Shown: positions 10,503 through 21,292, counted from the stretch's first letter. The stretch: DNA of 64,000 nucleotides from Pseudopedobacter sp. (GCA_014378105.1 JACMOI010000022.1:792-64791); one strand, 5' to 3'. Made by a program: numbers and translations. The notes: generated by a model not told the origin, from the sequence alone.

Positions 10503-12242
10503 ATGAAGAAACTGAAGTCACTTATTTTTCTTTTGCTTACGCTAATGAGTATATTTTCTTTTGCTCAAAAAAAAAACACCAATAAGCCGGAAGTAGTGAT
10601 TGTTGCCGGACGGGTTTTAAGTTCTGAAGATAGTGTTCGGGTCACCCAATTATATTACGAAGGAATAAAAGAAAAGGTAGTTGGTAACACGGTTTTAGCC
10701 ATCGATTATTTCAATCAAATTTTGCAGTTGGATCCTGCAAATTATAATTCATCCTATGAATTAGCTCAGATTTATTTTGGTAAAGGAGATTTAATTAAGG
10801 CACAAGAGTTTGCCCAAAAAGCGGTAACCGTTAAAACTGACAACGAATGGTATTGGTTGCTTTTGGCTAATATTTATCAGCAACAGCAAAACTATAACTT
10901 GTTAAATTATGCTTTAGACGAATTAATTAAACTTTCACCTCAAAAACTAGAGTATAGTTTTGATAAAGCAGACGCTTTGCTTTCTTTAGATAAAAGTGAG
11001 GACGCATTAAAAATTTATAACCAATTGGAAGTTGAGATTGGTTTAACAGATAAAATTTTACAAGGCAGACAACGTATTTATTTAAAAAAGGGAGAGGTTG
11101 ATAAAGCTGTTGTCGATTTAAATCAGTTAATAAAAAACAACCCATCTGATGTGAGGTATTATCTTTATTTGGGTGATTTATATTATTCTAATAAAAGATT
11201 AGATGAAGCATTAAGCATTTATCAGAAAGCAAAACAATTAGATATTAGCAATCCATTTACGCATTTGGCAATTGCTCAGATACTAGAAAGTAAGAAAAGA
11301 CCAGCTGATGCTTATCAGGAATATCTGGTTGCTTTTCAGCAACCAGATTTGAATATAGATCAGAAAGTAAAAATCGTTCTAAAATATTTTGATGCATTTC
11401 CAGATCAGAATGCCGTAAAATATGCAGAGCAACTTTCGGAAGTTTTAACCAATATACATCCTGATAATCCAAAAGCATTCTCTATTTATGGCGATGTGTT
11501 ATATCAGAAAAATAATTTGAAATATGCTAAAATAGCCTATGAAAAAGCTTTGGCACTTAATAAAAATGTTTACGCCATTTGGGATCAATTGTGTCGTATA
11601 GAACTTTCATTGGGTGATGGCAAAGCTTTGATTATAACAGGGGAAGAAGCATTGTCTTTATTTCCTAACCAATATGGGTTGTATTTTTATACTGCTTTAG
11701 GCTATCTTCAAAACAACCAAGATCAAACAGCTATTAGTTATTTAAACAATGCACTGTCTTATGATATAGAGAATAAGGCTTTAAAAAGTCAGATTTATAG
11801 TAGTTTGGGAGATGCTTATCAATCCTTGAAAAAGTATAAAGAATCAGCGGATGCATACGATAAAGCTTTAAATTTATCTCCAAATAATACGTATGTCTTA
11901 AATAATTATGCCTACTATTTGTCGTTAAGAGGAGAGAATTTAGATAAAGCTGAGAAAATGTCCGCAAAATCCAATCAGTTAGAGGCTAATAGTGCAGCTT
12001 TCGAAGATACTTATGCTTGGGTTCTTTTTAAAAATAAAAAATATGCTGATGCAAAAATTTGGATAGAAAAAGCCATCTCTCATAATGAAAAAAGTGCCAC
12101 ACAATTTGATCATTTAGGGGATATATTGTTCAAATTAGGCGATATAAAAGGAGCAGTAGAAAATTGGGGAAAGTCCATCAAATTAGATGGATCAAAAGAA
12201 TTAGTAAAACGAAAAATTAATGAAAAGAAATATCTGGAGTAA
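10503..12242 (+). CDS. Tetratricopeptide-repeat periplasmic protein
   Basis: Signal peptide; repeated TPRs (LGDAY..AYDKAL, LNNYAYYL, DTYAWVLF). Confidence 0.9.
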   Translation: MKKLKSLIFLLLTLMSIFSFAQKKNTNKPEVVIVAGRVLSSEDSVRVTQLYYEGIKEKVVGNTVLAIDYFNQILQLDPANYNSSYELAQIYFGKGDLIKAQEFAQKAVTVKTDNEWYWLLLANIYQQQQNYNLLNYALDELIKLSPQKLEYSFDKADALLSLDKSEDALKIYNQLEVEIGLTDKILQGRQRIYLKKGEVDKAVVDLNQLIKNNPSDVRYYLYLGDLYYSNKRLDEALSIYQKAKQLDISNPFTHLAIAQILESKKRPADAYQEYLVAFQQPDLNIDQKVKIVLKYFDAFPDQNAVKYAEQLSEVLTNIHPDNPKAFSIYGDVLYQKNNLKYAKIAYEKALALNKNVYAIWDQLCRIELSLGDGKALIITGEEALSLFPNQYGLYFYTALGYLQNNQDQTAISYLNNALSYDIENKALKSQIYSSLGDAYQSLKKYKESADAYDKALNLSPNNTYVLNNYAYYLSLRGENLDKAEKMSAKSNQLEANSAAFEDTYAWVLFKNKKYADAKIWIEKAISHNEKSATQFDHLGDILFKLGDIKGAVENWGKSIKLDGSKELVKRKINEKKYLE

Positions 12243-13005
12243 TTTAATTCTGGTTTCTAGTTGCCTTATTTTATTCTCATGTAAGGCTAAAAAAATAATT
12301 ACCTCATCTTCTGCAGCTGTTTCAGGTACAAGTACGCTTAATAAAGCAGGTTTATTAGACACCATTATTGCTCACCAAACCAATTTTAAAACATTTGTTA
12401 CTAGAGCTAATACTAATCTTAAAATTGATGACAAAAGCTATGATGTTACACTCAACATTAGAATTAAAAAAGATGAAGCTATTTGGATTTCAATCACTGC
12501 AGTTGCAGGAATTGAAGTGGCTAGAGTGATGATTACTCCTGATAGTTTAAAGGTAATTGATAGAATGAATGACGAATACCTAAAAAAGCCTTTTTCATTT
12601 ATCGAAAAGTTTACTAACCCCCAGGTTAATTATGCAACCGTTGAAGCACTGTTGGTGGGTAACTGTGTTCCGCTAGCTTTAGCGGATAAAAATGTTTTGG
12701 TGAGAAGTAGGAGTAGAACAATACTAGCAGGCAGAAGTAAAAGTCTAGGCTTTGAATTGACTTTGGATGAGGGCTTAAAGCCAATAAAAACAAACTTAAG
12801 AGACGATTTGGCACAGCAAGTGCTAAATGTTTTGATTAATAATTTCGAGAATATTAATGAGATTTATTTGCCATCAACTGTGAATATTGATTCTAAATCA
12901 GGGGCAAAGCAAATACAGGCAAATATGGAATACAATAAAACGCAATTAGATATTCCAGTAGATTTTCCTTTTAATGTTCCTAAAAGATTTTCAGTGATAG
13001 AGTAA
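12220..13005 (+). CDS. DUF4292 family lipoprotein
   Basis: Lipobox LFSC; IWISI..GIEVARVMITPDS; C-terminal FPFNVP. Confidence 0.82.
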   Translation: MKRNIWSNLILVSSCLILFSCKAKKIITSSSAAVSGTSTLNKAGLLDTIIAHQTNFKTFVTRANTNLKIDDKSYDVTLNIRIKKDEAIWISITAVAGIEVARVMITPDSLKVIDRMNDEYLKKPFSFIEKFTNPQVNYATVEALLVGNCVPLALADKNVLVRSRSRTILAGRSKSLGFELTLDEGLKPIKTNLRDDLAQQVLNVLINNFENINEIYLPSTVNIDSKSGAKQIQANMEYNKTQLDIPVDFPFNVPKRFSVIE

Positions 13006-13011
13006 ATTAGA

Positions 13012-13019
13012 TACCTTTG
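13012..13019 (+). promoter_or_regulatory. -7 promoter element for the envC-like gene
   Basis: TACCTTTG matches TAnnTTTG. Confidence 0.55.
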
Positions 13020-13060
13020 CGCTAATAACGTTCGATAGCCTTTAAAAACAAATTGATTGA

Positions 13061-14308
13061 ATGAAAAAATTCAGAATTATCTTTATCCTTTTTCTTGTAT
13101 TTTCTGGCATTCAATCATTTGCTCAAACCAGATCTGAGCTTGAAAAGAAAAGAGCCGAATTGAATAGGGATATTGAGATGATCAATAATACCCTATCGAA
13201 AACATCATCTGATAAAAAAGTTACCTTAAAACAGTTGAATGCTTTAAGAGCTCAAATTAGATTGAGACAATCAAAAATCAATACCATCAATTCTGAAATT
13301 AGATTATTAGACGGACAGATTAACGAAAATGTTAATCAAGTTCGGTCGTTGCAATCCCAACTAAAGCAGTTGAAAGATGATTATGCGGCCATGATACGTT
13401 TTGCACAAAAGAATCAAGGATCTTATAGTAAACTGATGTATATTTTTGCTGCCAAAGATTTTAACCAAGCTTATAAGCGGATGAAATATCTACAGCAATT
13501 TGGTGAATATCGCCAAAAACAAGCTAGATATATCGAGGGTACTCAAACATCATTAAAAAATAAAATAACACAGCTAAGTAAGAATAAACAAGATAAAGAT
13601 CATCTTTTGGTAGATCAAGAGAAGGAAAAAACTACGCTGGGTACAGCACAAAATAAGCAAATAAAGGTAGTTAGTAGTTTAACTTCTCAAGAAAGAAAGT
13701 TAAAACAAGATTTGGCCCAAAAGCAGCGAGATGCCCAAAAATTAAATGCAGCAATTAGGCAAGCCATTAAAAGAGAGATTGAATTGGCTCGTAAACAAGC
13801 AGAAGAGGAGGCAAGAGCTGCAGCGGCGAAAGCAAGAGCAGAGGGTAGAGAAGCTCCGGCGGTTAAATCAAATTCTGGTTCTATTTTAAATTCAACACCA
13901 GAAGCGGCTAAATTATCAGCCGATTTTGTAAGTAATAGAGGTAAGTTACCTTGGCCTGTGGCAAATGGTGTGGTAACGGAGTATGCTGGGATACAAAAAA
14001 TAGGTAATAATGTAACTAGAGAAGTTACCGGTTGGACCATTAAAACGAATCCAGGGGCTTCTATACGATCAGTATTTGAAGGTCAAGTAACTAGAATTGT
14101 AAACATTTCTGGCTTTACCACAGTTCTTATAAAACATGGAGAGTTCTTTACAGCATATAAAAATTTGGGAACAGTAAGTGTTTCTGTTGGTCAAAAGGTG
14201 AGTACAAAGCAAAGTTTAGGAACTGCTGATGGCCAAGCTGAAATAGAATTCCATATTTATAAATCAACCCAAGAACAAGATCCTAAGTCCTGGTTAGCGC
14301 CAGAATAA
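13061..14308 (+). CDS. envC: EnvC-like murein hydrolase activator (coiled coil plus degenerate M23 domain)
   Basis: Signal peptide, long coiled coil, GKLPWPV, M23 domain lacking Zn ligands. Confidence 0.85.
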   Translation: MKKFRIIFILFLVFSGIQSFAQTRSELEKKRAELNRDIEMINNTLSKTSSDKKVTLKQLNALRAQIRLRQSKINTINSEIRLLDGQINENVNQVRSLQSQLKQLKDDYAAMIRFAQKNQGSYSKLMYIFAAKDFNQAYKRMKYLQQFGEYRQKQARYIEGTQTSLKNKITQLSKNKQDKDHLLVDQEKEKTTLGTAQNKQIKVVSSLTSQERKLKQDLAQKQRDAQKLNAAIRQAIKREIELARKQAEEEARAAAAKARAEGREAPAVKSNSGSILNSTPEAAKLSADFVSNRGKLPWPVANGVVTEYAGIQKIGNNVTREVTGWTIKTNPGASIRSVFEGQVTRIVNISGFTTVLIKHGEFFTAYKNLGTVSVSVGQKVSTKQSLGTADGQAEIEFHIYKSTQEQDPKSWLAPE

Positions 14309-14349
14309 TATATTTACACATATTAGAAATTAGCGAAAATAAAATTCAT

Positions 14350-14357
14350 TATATTTG
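14350..14357 (+). promoter_or_regulatory. -7 promoter element for the tatA genes
   Basis: TATATTTG matches TAnnTTTG. Confidence 0.6.
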
Positions 14358-14380
14358 CGTTCTCTTTCAAATTTATAATA

Positions 14381-14707
14381 ATGCACAACGGCATTTTACT
14401 TTTCTTAAATTTAGGCACTCAAGAAGTTGTTCTAATTGTATTTGCAGCCCTAATGTTATTTGGTGGTGAAAAATTACCCGAATTAGCAAGAGGATTAGGT
14501 AAAGGAATTAGAGAATTTAAGGATGCCACGGATGGTGTAAAGCGAGAAATTCATAGAAACATTAATGAGCTTACAGCAACTGAGGAACTTAAAAGAGAAG
14601 AAGAGATTGAAAATGAGAAGCAACAAGTAAATAAAGAATCAGAGATTAAAAAGCCTGATGATGCTTCTAATAAAGAATCAGAAATTTTAAACAATAAAAA
14701 TCAATAA
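14381..14707 (+). CDS. tatA: TatA/TatB family twin-arginine translocase subunit
   Basis: [24 protein letters not shown]. Confidence 0.9.
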   Translation: MHNGILLFLNLGTQEVVLIVFAALMLFGGEKLPELARGLGKGIREFKDATDGVKREIHRNINELTATEELKREEEIENEKQQVNKESEIKKPDDASNKESEILNNKNQ

Positions 14708-14711
14708 GAAA

Positions 14712-14897
14712 ATGGGTTTAGGTGCTCCAGAAATTATTTTAATCGTCTTAGCATTATTGCTTTTGTTCGGTGGTAAAAAAATTCCAGAATTAATGAGAGG
14801 AATGGGAAAAGGTGTGAAGGAATTTAAAGATGCTCAAAACGGAACTGATAAGAGTTCTGATGATGAGAAATCCCAAAAAGCAGAAGAAAAACATTAG
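14712..14897 (+). CDS. tatA: TatA/E family twin-arginine translocase subunit
   Basis: [25 protein letters not shown]. Confidence 0.93.
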   Translation: MGLGAPEIILIVLALLLLFGGKKIPELMRGMGKGVKEFKDAQNGTDKSSDDEKSQKAEEKH

Positions 14898-14989
14898 AAT
14901 AACGTATTTCTCCTAATTTATTTAGGAATGTATTAACCTTGACTGATCGAAATTGTTATTTTCGAGCATTCAAGGTTTTGTTTTATAAA

Positions 14990-16438
14990 ATGGTTAAAGA
15001 AAAAATTAAATCGTATAGCAAATTTTCTCAGCTTCAGGCTGATCTGAAAAGTGGAAACATTACTATTAATGATTTAATTAAATACTACACCTCCCGCATT
15101 CATGAGTATCATCATTTAAATGCTTTTTTAGAAGTTTTTGAAGAAGAAGCGCTAAAAAGAGCTATTGAAATTCAAGAAAAAATTAAAAACGGAACAGCAG
15201 GTAAACTGGCTGGAATGATTATCGGAATTAAGGATAACATTTCTTATAAAGGCCATAAAATGACCGCTTCTTCTAAAATTTTAGAGGGATATAAAGCTGT
15301 TTATTCGGCAACTGTTGTAGAAAGAATTTTAGCAGAGGATGCGATTATCATAGGACGCCTAAACTGTGATGAATTTGCAATGGGTGCATCTAATGAGACT
15401 TCGCATTTTGGTCCGGTTAAAAACTTTGCGGATGAACGGAAAGTTTCTGGAGGTTCATCTGGTGGCTCGGCAGTTGCTGTTCAGGCTAATTTATGCTACG
15501 CTTCTTTAGCTTCCGATACTGGAGGATCAATTCGTCAGCCAGCTGCCTTTTGCGGTGTTGTAGGTTTAAAACCAACCTATGCAAGGGTATCGAGATATGG
15601 AGTTGTTGCTTATGCTTCATCTTTTGATCAAGTGGGTCCAATAACCAGATCTGTTGAAGATGCCGCTTTAATTTTAGAAGTTATTGCAGGTCAAGATGCT
15701 CATGATGCTACTTCATCATCAGAGCTTGTTCCTGAGTATTCTAAAAATCTTCATCATAACAAAAAGCAAAGAATAGCTTATATAGAAGATACTTTACATT
15801 CTGAAGGTCTAGATCCGGAGATCAAATCCAATATTCTAGATCAGATAAAAAAATTAAAACACGAAGGCCATATTGTTGAGCCTGTTTCTTTTGAATACTT
15901 AGATTATGTAGTGGCAACGTATTATATTTTAACTACTGCTGAAGCTTCTTCTAATTTAGCCAGATATGATGGGGTGCATTATGGCTATAGAAGTAATGAA
16001 TCACATAACCTGATGTCCACTTATAAAAAATCGCGATCAGAAGGGTTTGGAGAAGAAGTGAAACGTAGGATTATGTTAGGAACATTTGTTTTGAGTGCTG
16101 GATATTATGATGCATATTACTCGAAAGCTCAAAAAGTGAGGCGTTTAATCAAAGATAAAATGGATAAAATTTTAGAGGACTTTGATTTTATTATTACGCC
16201 TACCACACCTACTCCAGCATTTAATATTGGTGAGCAAATAACTGATCCTGTTGTGATGTATTTGGCTGATATTTTTACCGTAGGCGCATCACTTGCAGGT
16301 TTACCTGCAATATCTATCCCTTCGGGTAAGAATGAAGCTGGATTACCGTTAGGTATGCAGATTATTGGCAAACGTTACAAGGAAGTTGAACTTCTATCTT
16401 TTTCAAACTACTTTGATCACCTAAACGAGGACTCATAA
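14990..16438 (+). CDS. gatA: Asp/Glu-tRNA amidotransferase subunit A
   Basis: IKDN, GGSSGGS, SDTGGSIRQPA, EVKRRIMLGTFVLSAGYYDAYY; start moved to the ATG at 14990. Confidence 0.95.
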   Translation: MVKEKIKSYSKFSQLQADLKSGNITINDLIKYYTSRIHEYHHLNAFLEVFEEEALKRAIEIQEKIKNGTAGKLAGMIIGIKDNISYKGHKMTASSKILEGYKAVYSATVVERILAEDAIIIGRLNCDEFAMGASNETSHFGPVKNFADERKVSGGSSGGSAVAVQANLCYASLASDTGGSIRQPAAFCGVVGLKPTYARVSRYGVVAYASSFDQVGPITRSVEDAALILEVIAGQDAHDATSSSELVPEYSKNLHHNKKQRIAYIEDTLHSEGLDPEIKSNILDQIKKLKHEGHIVEPVSFEYLDYVVATYYILTTAEASSNLARYDGVHYGYRSNESHNLMSTYKKSRSEGFGEEVKRRIMLGTFVLSAGYYDAYYSKAQKVRRLIKDKMDKILEDFDFIITPTTPTPAFNIGEQITDPVVMYLADIFTVGASLAGLPAISIPSGKNEAGLPLGMQIIGKRYKEVELLSFSNYFDHLNEDS

Positions 16439-16457
16439 ATAACCTAAAAACAAAGAA

Positions 16458-17873
16458 ATGAAGAGATTAATAGTATTCATTTACTGTACATTTTTAACAT
16501 TCAATCTGACTTTATACGCTCAAACAAGAATTAAAATTGATTCCGCGAAAACGGGGAAATTAACATTAAAAGAGTCAAAAATGATTCTAAATCTGATTAA
16601 ATCAGATACCTTAAAAATTCCTACAAATACTGCTTTACAGCGAGAAATTTATCGACTTAATCCCGATTTAATTTATAAATACCGTTTAGATTCGATTTCT
16701 TCAAAAGTTTCTTTAGATTACAATGAGGATGTTCAAAATCAAATCAACTTGTATTTAGCAAAAAAGAAAGTAAATATCGGTAAGATGGTTTATTTGGGTA
16801 AATACTATTTCCCGATTTTCGAAAAGGCTTTATTAGCCTATCGAGTTCCCTTGGAATTTAAATACCTTCCAATAGTTGAATCATCTATGAATCCATTTGC
16901 GGTTTCAAGAGTTGGAGCAACAGGCTTATGGCAATTCATGTACACTACTGGAAAGGTTTATGGTCTTAGTATAGATAATTATGTTGATGAACGTCGCGAT
17001 CCTGTAGCGGCAAGCTATGCTGCCGCAGCTTATATCAGACAAGCATACGATGATTTAGGAGACTGGTTGTTGGCACTGGCATCTTATAACTGTGGAAAAG
17101 GAAATGTAACCAGAGCTATTGCGAGAGCTGGGGGTGGTAAAAAGACTTTTTGGGATATTCAATCTTATTTGCCTAGGGAAACTAGGTCGTATGTGCCTGC
17201 ATTTATTGCAGCTAATTATATGATGAATTATTATACTAGATATGATGATATTATAGTAAGAGATGATGTTCCTGTAAAACCTGATTCTATTTATATTAAT
17301 AGTTATGTATCCTTAAGTAAAATTGCTGGCGCAATAAACATTAATACTACAGATTTAAAAAACTTAAATCCGATGTATAAAAAGGATTTGATTAATGGAT
17401 CTGTTAATGCACCAAAAAAGTTAATCATACCTAAAGTAACCTCTAGAAATTATCCTGAATTATTTGCAGCTCTAAATGACACTAATGAATCAACAATTAA
17501 TGTGATTAATGCTTCATTAACATCACCAAAGATAATTAAAGAAAAAGCGACTTATCATACGGTAAATAATGGTGAAAATTTGGGAAAAATAGCACTTCAG
17601 TTTAAAGTTGAAGTACAGGATTTAAAAGTTTGGAATCAGCTAAAATCGAATGTCATTGTTCCAGGTCAAAAATTAATTATAAAACCAGAATCAGTAAAAT
17701 CAGCACAGTTAGAAAAAGCAGATTATATTACTTACAAAGTTAAAGCGGGTGATTCTTTATCAGGGATTGTAGAAAAATTTGAAAATATATCAATTGAGGG
17801 AATAAAGACAATCAATAACCTTAAAAGTAATGTCCTATCCATTGGAATGATTTTGAAGATTTACACGAATTGA
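16458..17873 (+). CDS. mltD: Lytic transglycosylase with two LysM domains (MltD-like)
   Basis: IVES, GATGLWQFM, LASYNCG, LPRETRSYV; two C-terminal LysM domains. Confidence 0.9.
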   Translation: MKRLIVFIYCTFLTFNLTLYAQTRIKIDSAKTGKLTLKESKMILNLIKSDTLKIPTNTALQREIYRLNPDLIYKYRLDSISSKVSLDYNEDVQNQINLYLAKKKVNIGKMVYLGKYYFPIFEKALLAYRVPLEFKYLPIVESSMNPFAVSRVGATGLWQFMYTTGKVYGLSIDNYVDERRDPVAASYAAAAYIRQAYDDLGDWLLALASYNCGKGNVTRAIARAGGGKKTFWDIQSYLPRETRSYVPAFIAANYMMNYYTRYDDIIVRDDVPVKPDSIYINSYVSLSKIAGAININTTDLKNLNPMYKKDLINGSVNAPKKLIIPKVTSRNYPELFAALNDTNESTINVINASLTSPKIIKEKATYHTVNNGENLGKIALQFKVEVQDLKVWNQLKSNVIVPGQKLIIKPESVKSAQLEKADYITYKVKAGDSLSGIVEKFENISIEGIKTINNLKSNVLSIGMILKIYTN

Positions 17874-17876
17874 TTA

Positions 17877-18776
17877 TTAATCTTTTTTATTTAATAAGTT
17901 TAATTTCATTTCAGATAAATTTTGGCCACCTTTTATTCCAAAATCTAATGTTCTAATTGGGAAAGGAATAGTGATGTTATTATTATCATAGGCTTTCTTA
18001 ATCATCATAATAGCCTCGCTTCGAGCCTCCATATAGATTGATTGCTCCGTAGAGCTTAACCAAATTCTAATCATAAAATTAATAGAGCTATCACCAAATC
18101 CGTCATACACCAGACTTACTTTTTTTGTTAGATCTCTAAATGAGAGAGACTCTACAGCATTAATAGTGATGGTTTTCACTTGCTCTAAGTCATCACCATA
18201 AGATACCCCTATACTAAAATCTAAGCGCCTATTACCAGTTGTAGTATAGTTTTCAATGGTATTTTGAAATACTTGTTTATTGGGTATAATTACTTTTTGA
18301 CCTTGAAGCGTAATGATCGTGGTATCACGAAGGTTGATGGCTTCAATCTGTCCCATTTTATCATTTATAATAACTAAATCACCACCATTAAAAGGATGTC
18401 TGAAAGACATAAAAATTCCAGACATGAAATTGGCAGCAATATCCTGAAAAGCAAATGCCAGAGCCAAACCTAAAATTCCAGCTCCAGTTAGTGCAGTGGT
18501 AACGGCTTTGTCTAGATTTAAAATATCTAATGCGGTGAATAGGGTAATACCTATTCCTATGATAAACATGAAAGAAGCAAAAAGCTTATTAATGGTTTCA
18601 AGTTTTGAGAATCTTCTAATCATCCTTAAAGAATATCTCCTCAATAATTTAGAGATGAATATCCCAAGAACTATAACAATTGCGGCTAAAGCTAAATTGG
18701 GTAATAACTTTATTATAGAATCAAACCAAGAAATTAATTTCTCTGATAGTAGGTTATAAGCTTTATCTAAATTCAT
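17877..18776 (-). CDS. mscS: Small-conductance mechanosensitive channel
   Basis: LALAFAFQDIAANFMSG, HPFNGGD, IPN, ITIPFP. Confidence 0.9.
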   Translation of the reverse strand: MNLDKAYNLLSEKLISWFDSIIKLLPNLALAAIVIVLGIFISKLLRRYSLRMIRRFSKLETINKLFASFMFIIGIGITLFTALDILNLDKAVTTALTGAGILGLALAFAFQDIAANFMSGIFMSFRHPFNGGDLVIINDKMGQIEAINLRDTTIITLQGQKVIIPNKQVFQNTIENYTTTGNRRLDFSIGVSYGDDLEQVKTITINAVESLSFRDLTKKVSLVYDGFGDSSINFMIRIWLSSTEQSIYMEARSEAIMMIKKAYDNNNITIPFPIRTLDFGIKGGQNLSEMKLNLLNKKD

Positions 18777-19010
18777 AAACAGACTTAATATAAGAAATAA
18801 AATACTTTTAGAATGAATTTGTTCTATCGTTTTTAAAAATTTAAAAATTCTTATTTAATATAATATCCTTTGGCTAAGGATTTACCTCCAATTTTATAAA
18901 AGAGATTTACAATTCGCAATTGTTAGCTTTCGGTAATCTTTTTATCTCTTAATAAGAGATAAAGTTTTTTGTTAAGAAAATTTATCACTTTTGTGAATTA
19001 TTTTGAAAAA

Positions 19011-19496
19011 ATGAAAAATTTATACTTATATATACTACTCGTTTCTGTTGGATTTGTAGCTTGTAACTCGCCTCAAAAAACAGAATTGCATGGACCCCAA
19101 ACAATCAAAGGAATGGTTTACGGCGACTCTGTTTTAGATAATAATATTCGCGATGTAGATGCGATGTTAGCCGTCATGCAAAAGAATCCAAGTATGAAAT
19201 TGAAAGTAAAAGGTGTGATTGATGAAGTTTGTAAGGATAAAGGTTGTTGGTTAACTATGAAATTGCCAAACGGTGAGACCATGAGGGTAACTTTTAAGGA
19301 TTATGGGTTTTTTGTTCCAAAGGATATCAAAGGAAAAGAAATTGTAATTGATGGAATTGCAAAAATAGATAGTATTTCTATTGAAATGCAAAGACATTAC
19401 GCTAAAGATAGTGGTTCAAGTAAAGAAGAAATCGCAAAAATAACTACTGCAAAACAACAGTTAGCTTTCGAAGCCAAAGGAGTAGTAATTCTTTAA
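19011..19496 (+). CDS. DUF4920 family lipoprotein
   Basis: Lipobox FVAC from the ATG at 19011; VCKDKGCW, FKDYGFFVP, HYAKD. Confidence 0.8.
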   Translation: MKNLYLYILLVSVGFVACNSPQKTELHGPQTIKGMVYGDSVLDNNIRDVDAMLAVMQKNPSMKLKVKGVIDEVCKDKGCWLTMKLPNGETMRVTFKDYGFFVPKDIKGKEIVIDGIAKIDSISIEMQRHYAKDSGSSKEEIAKITTAKQQLAFEAKGVVIL

Positions 19497-19513
19497 TTAA
19501 AAGCATTTAAAAT

Positions 19514-19550
19514 AAAACAGCCCCGAGATCTTAATCTCGTGGCTGTTTTT
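19514..19550. terminator. Bidirectional intrinsic terminator
   Basis: AAAACAGCC(C)CGAGAT-ctta-ATCTCG(T)GGCTGTTTT between convergent genes. Confidence 0.8.
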
Positions 19551-19564
19551 GTAGAATCTAAACT

Positions 19565-20374
19565 TTATTGTTTCAATGAAACGGTTCTATCTACCAAAGT
19601 ATTGTCTCCCGTCATAGGATTTCCGCTAGCATCTAATAATTGGATACTTAATTTCAAGTCACCCATTGGGGCTCCCTTAATAAAATAGGGTTGCCATTTA
19701 TCCACTGTAAAAGTAGTATCGCCAACGCTAACCTTTACTTTATAAGCGTCAGAAGCAAGTTTCGCATTCTTTACATAGAAATCTAACAAAACATTCTGAG
19801 TGTCTTTTCCTGTATATTCACCTTTAGGACGACTATAAAACAACATTGGAGCAGTTGGGTCATCCATTTTTACAAAATTTCCTTTTTCATCAACTTTGAA
19901 ATGAACCAAAACTGAAGCGTCAGGAGATTTTACCGATAAATGGTAAGATCTTGATAAGAAGCACAATAGGTAATGCTCAGAATTTACAGGTAAAGTAATG
20001 GTATTTTCAGGCTTATATATCGCCTGATAAGGTTTGTTATCTAAAATAAAGTGAATGTGCTGACCTTTATCAGAATTTGCACATTCGCCCGAGTTCATGT
20101 CCATAGTTTGTTTGGTCAACTCGTAATTGGCAACATTAAAATTGAACATTAACTTTGCTGAATCTGTACCTACCATTTCTGTTTTAACAGGATTCATGGT
20201 CAACTTCGCATTAGGAAAATCATCACTCTCTGTCACAGGTTCTATCGTCAGTTTAGTGGTTTTTGTACTATCTTCTGATCCTGAGGTGCTTTTATTGTTT
20301 TGATTACATGCTCCAAGAGCTGCAACCATAAAAAGGCCTGAAAAAACTAAAGGAAAATTAAATTTTAATTTCAT
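19565..20374 (-). CDS. Hypothetical lipoprotein with two beta-sandwich-like halves and a HIH motif
   Basis: Lipobox LGAC; GQHIHFILDN, SRSYH, LFYSRPKGEY, LLDFY. Confidence 0.75.
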   Translation of the reverse strand: MKLKFNFPLVFSGLFMVAALGACNQNNKSTSGSEDSTKTTKLTIEPVTESDDFPNAKLTMNPVKTEMVGTDSAKLMFNFNVANYELTKQTMDMNSGECANSDKGQHIHFILDNKPYQAIYKPENTITLPVNSEHYLLCFLSRSYHLSVKSPDASVLVHFKVDEKGNFVKMDDPTAPMLFYSRPKGEYTGKDTQNVLLDFYVKNAKLASDAYKVKVSVGDTTFTVDKWQPYFIKGAPMGDLKLSIQLLDASGNPMTGDNTLVDRTVSLKQ

Positions 20375-20457
20375 GATTTTTTATTTTGATTAATTTTTAA
20401 CGTTATGTGTGAAATATAGTTTATTAAGGCTCAAAAATTATTCCACTAAATGGATTT

Positions 20458-21291
20458 TCAACTATTTAAGAATAAATCTGTATCAACAGCATATGGAATG
20501 ATTTTTTTATCAAAGGCCTGATTGAACATCGTTTTGATTGCTTTTTTACCATCATCACCCAAATTTACCGAATATTTATTGACATATAAGTCAATATGTT
20601 GATACATTACGATCTCTTCCATTTCCTGAGCATGTTGCTTGATAAATGGTAAAGCCGATTTGGGATTCTCAAAAGCAAACTCAACGGATTTTCTGATTAA
20701 TTGGTTAACCTTTTGTTTAATTTCATTTGATAAGCCTCTTTTTATTACAATACCACCAAGTGGAATTGCACAATCGGTTGTTTCTTCCCAATATTCACCT
20801 AAATCCTTTACTTTCATTAAACCTTTATTCTGATAAGTGAAACGGTTTTCGTGAATAATTAGGCCCAAGTCAATCTCATTATTAATTAGTTTTTGTTCAA
20901 TATCTGAGAATACCATTTCTTTTTTATTTTTTAAATGAGGATAAGCTAAACTTAATAAAAAATTAGCGGTGGTATACTTTCCTGGGATTCCAACTCTTAA
21001 GTTGGGATTATTTAAATCTTTTGGTTTATTGCAAATTAACATTGGACCAACACCAAAACCCAAAGCACTACCAGCATCTAGTAAAACGTAATCTTTTAAT
21101 GCATATGCAAAAGCATGGTAGCTTAGCTTTGTAACATCTAATTCGGCTTTAAAAGCTTTTTGGTTTAAAGTTTCTACATCATCAAATACCACTTCAAACT
21201 CTAAACCTTCAGTATCAATCTTATGATGAATTAAAGCATCAAAAATAAAAGTATCATTAGGGCAAGGCGAGAAACCGAGGCTCAATTTCAT
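20458..21291 (-). CDS. mqnD: 1,4-dihydroxy-6-naphthoate synthase (futalosine pathway)
   Basis: GFSPCPNDTF, DVETLN, IIHENRFTY, HIDLYVN. Confidence 0.94.
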   Translation of the reverse strand: MKLSLGFSPCPNDTFIFDALIHHKIDTEGLEFEVVFDDVETLNQKAFKAELDVTKLSYHAFAYALKDYVLLDAGSALGFGVGPMLICNKPKDLNNPNLRVGIPGKYTTANFLLSLAYPHLKNKKEMVFSDIEQKLINNEIDLGLIIHENRFTYQNKGLMKVKDLGEYWEETTDCAIPLGGIVIKRGLSNEIKQKVNQLIRKSVEFAFENPKSALPFIKQHAQEMEEIVMYQHIDLYVNKYSVNLGDDGKKAIKTMFNQAFDKKIIPYAVDTDLFLNS

Positions 21292-21292
21292 G

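Noticed and set aside
13900-14308. Broken M23 peptidase/pseudogene
   Set aside because: Loss of Zn ligands is normal for EnvC-type activators, and the frame is intact
14381-16438. Tandem tatA copies and gatA without gatB/gatC as novelties
   Set aside because: A dispersed arrangement of these genes is ordinary in Bacteroidota
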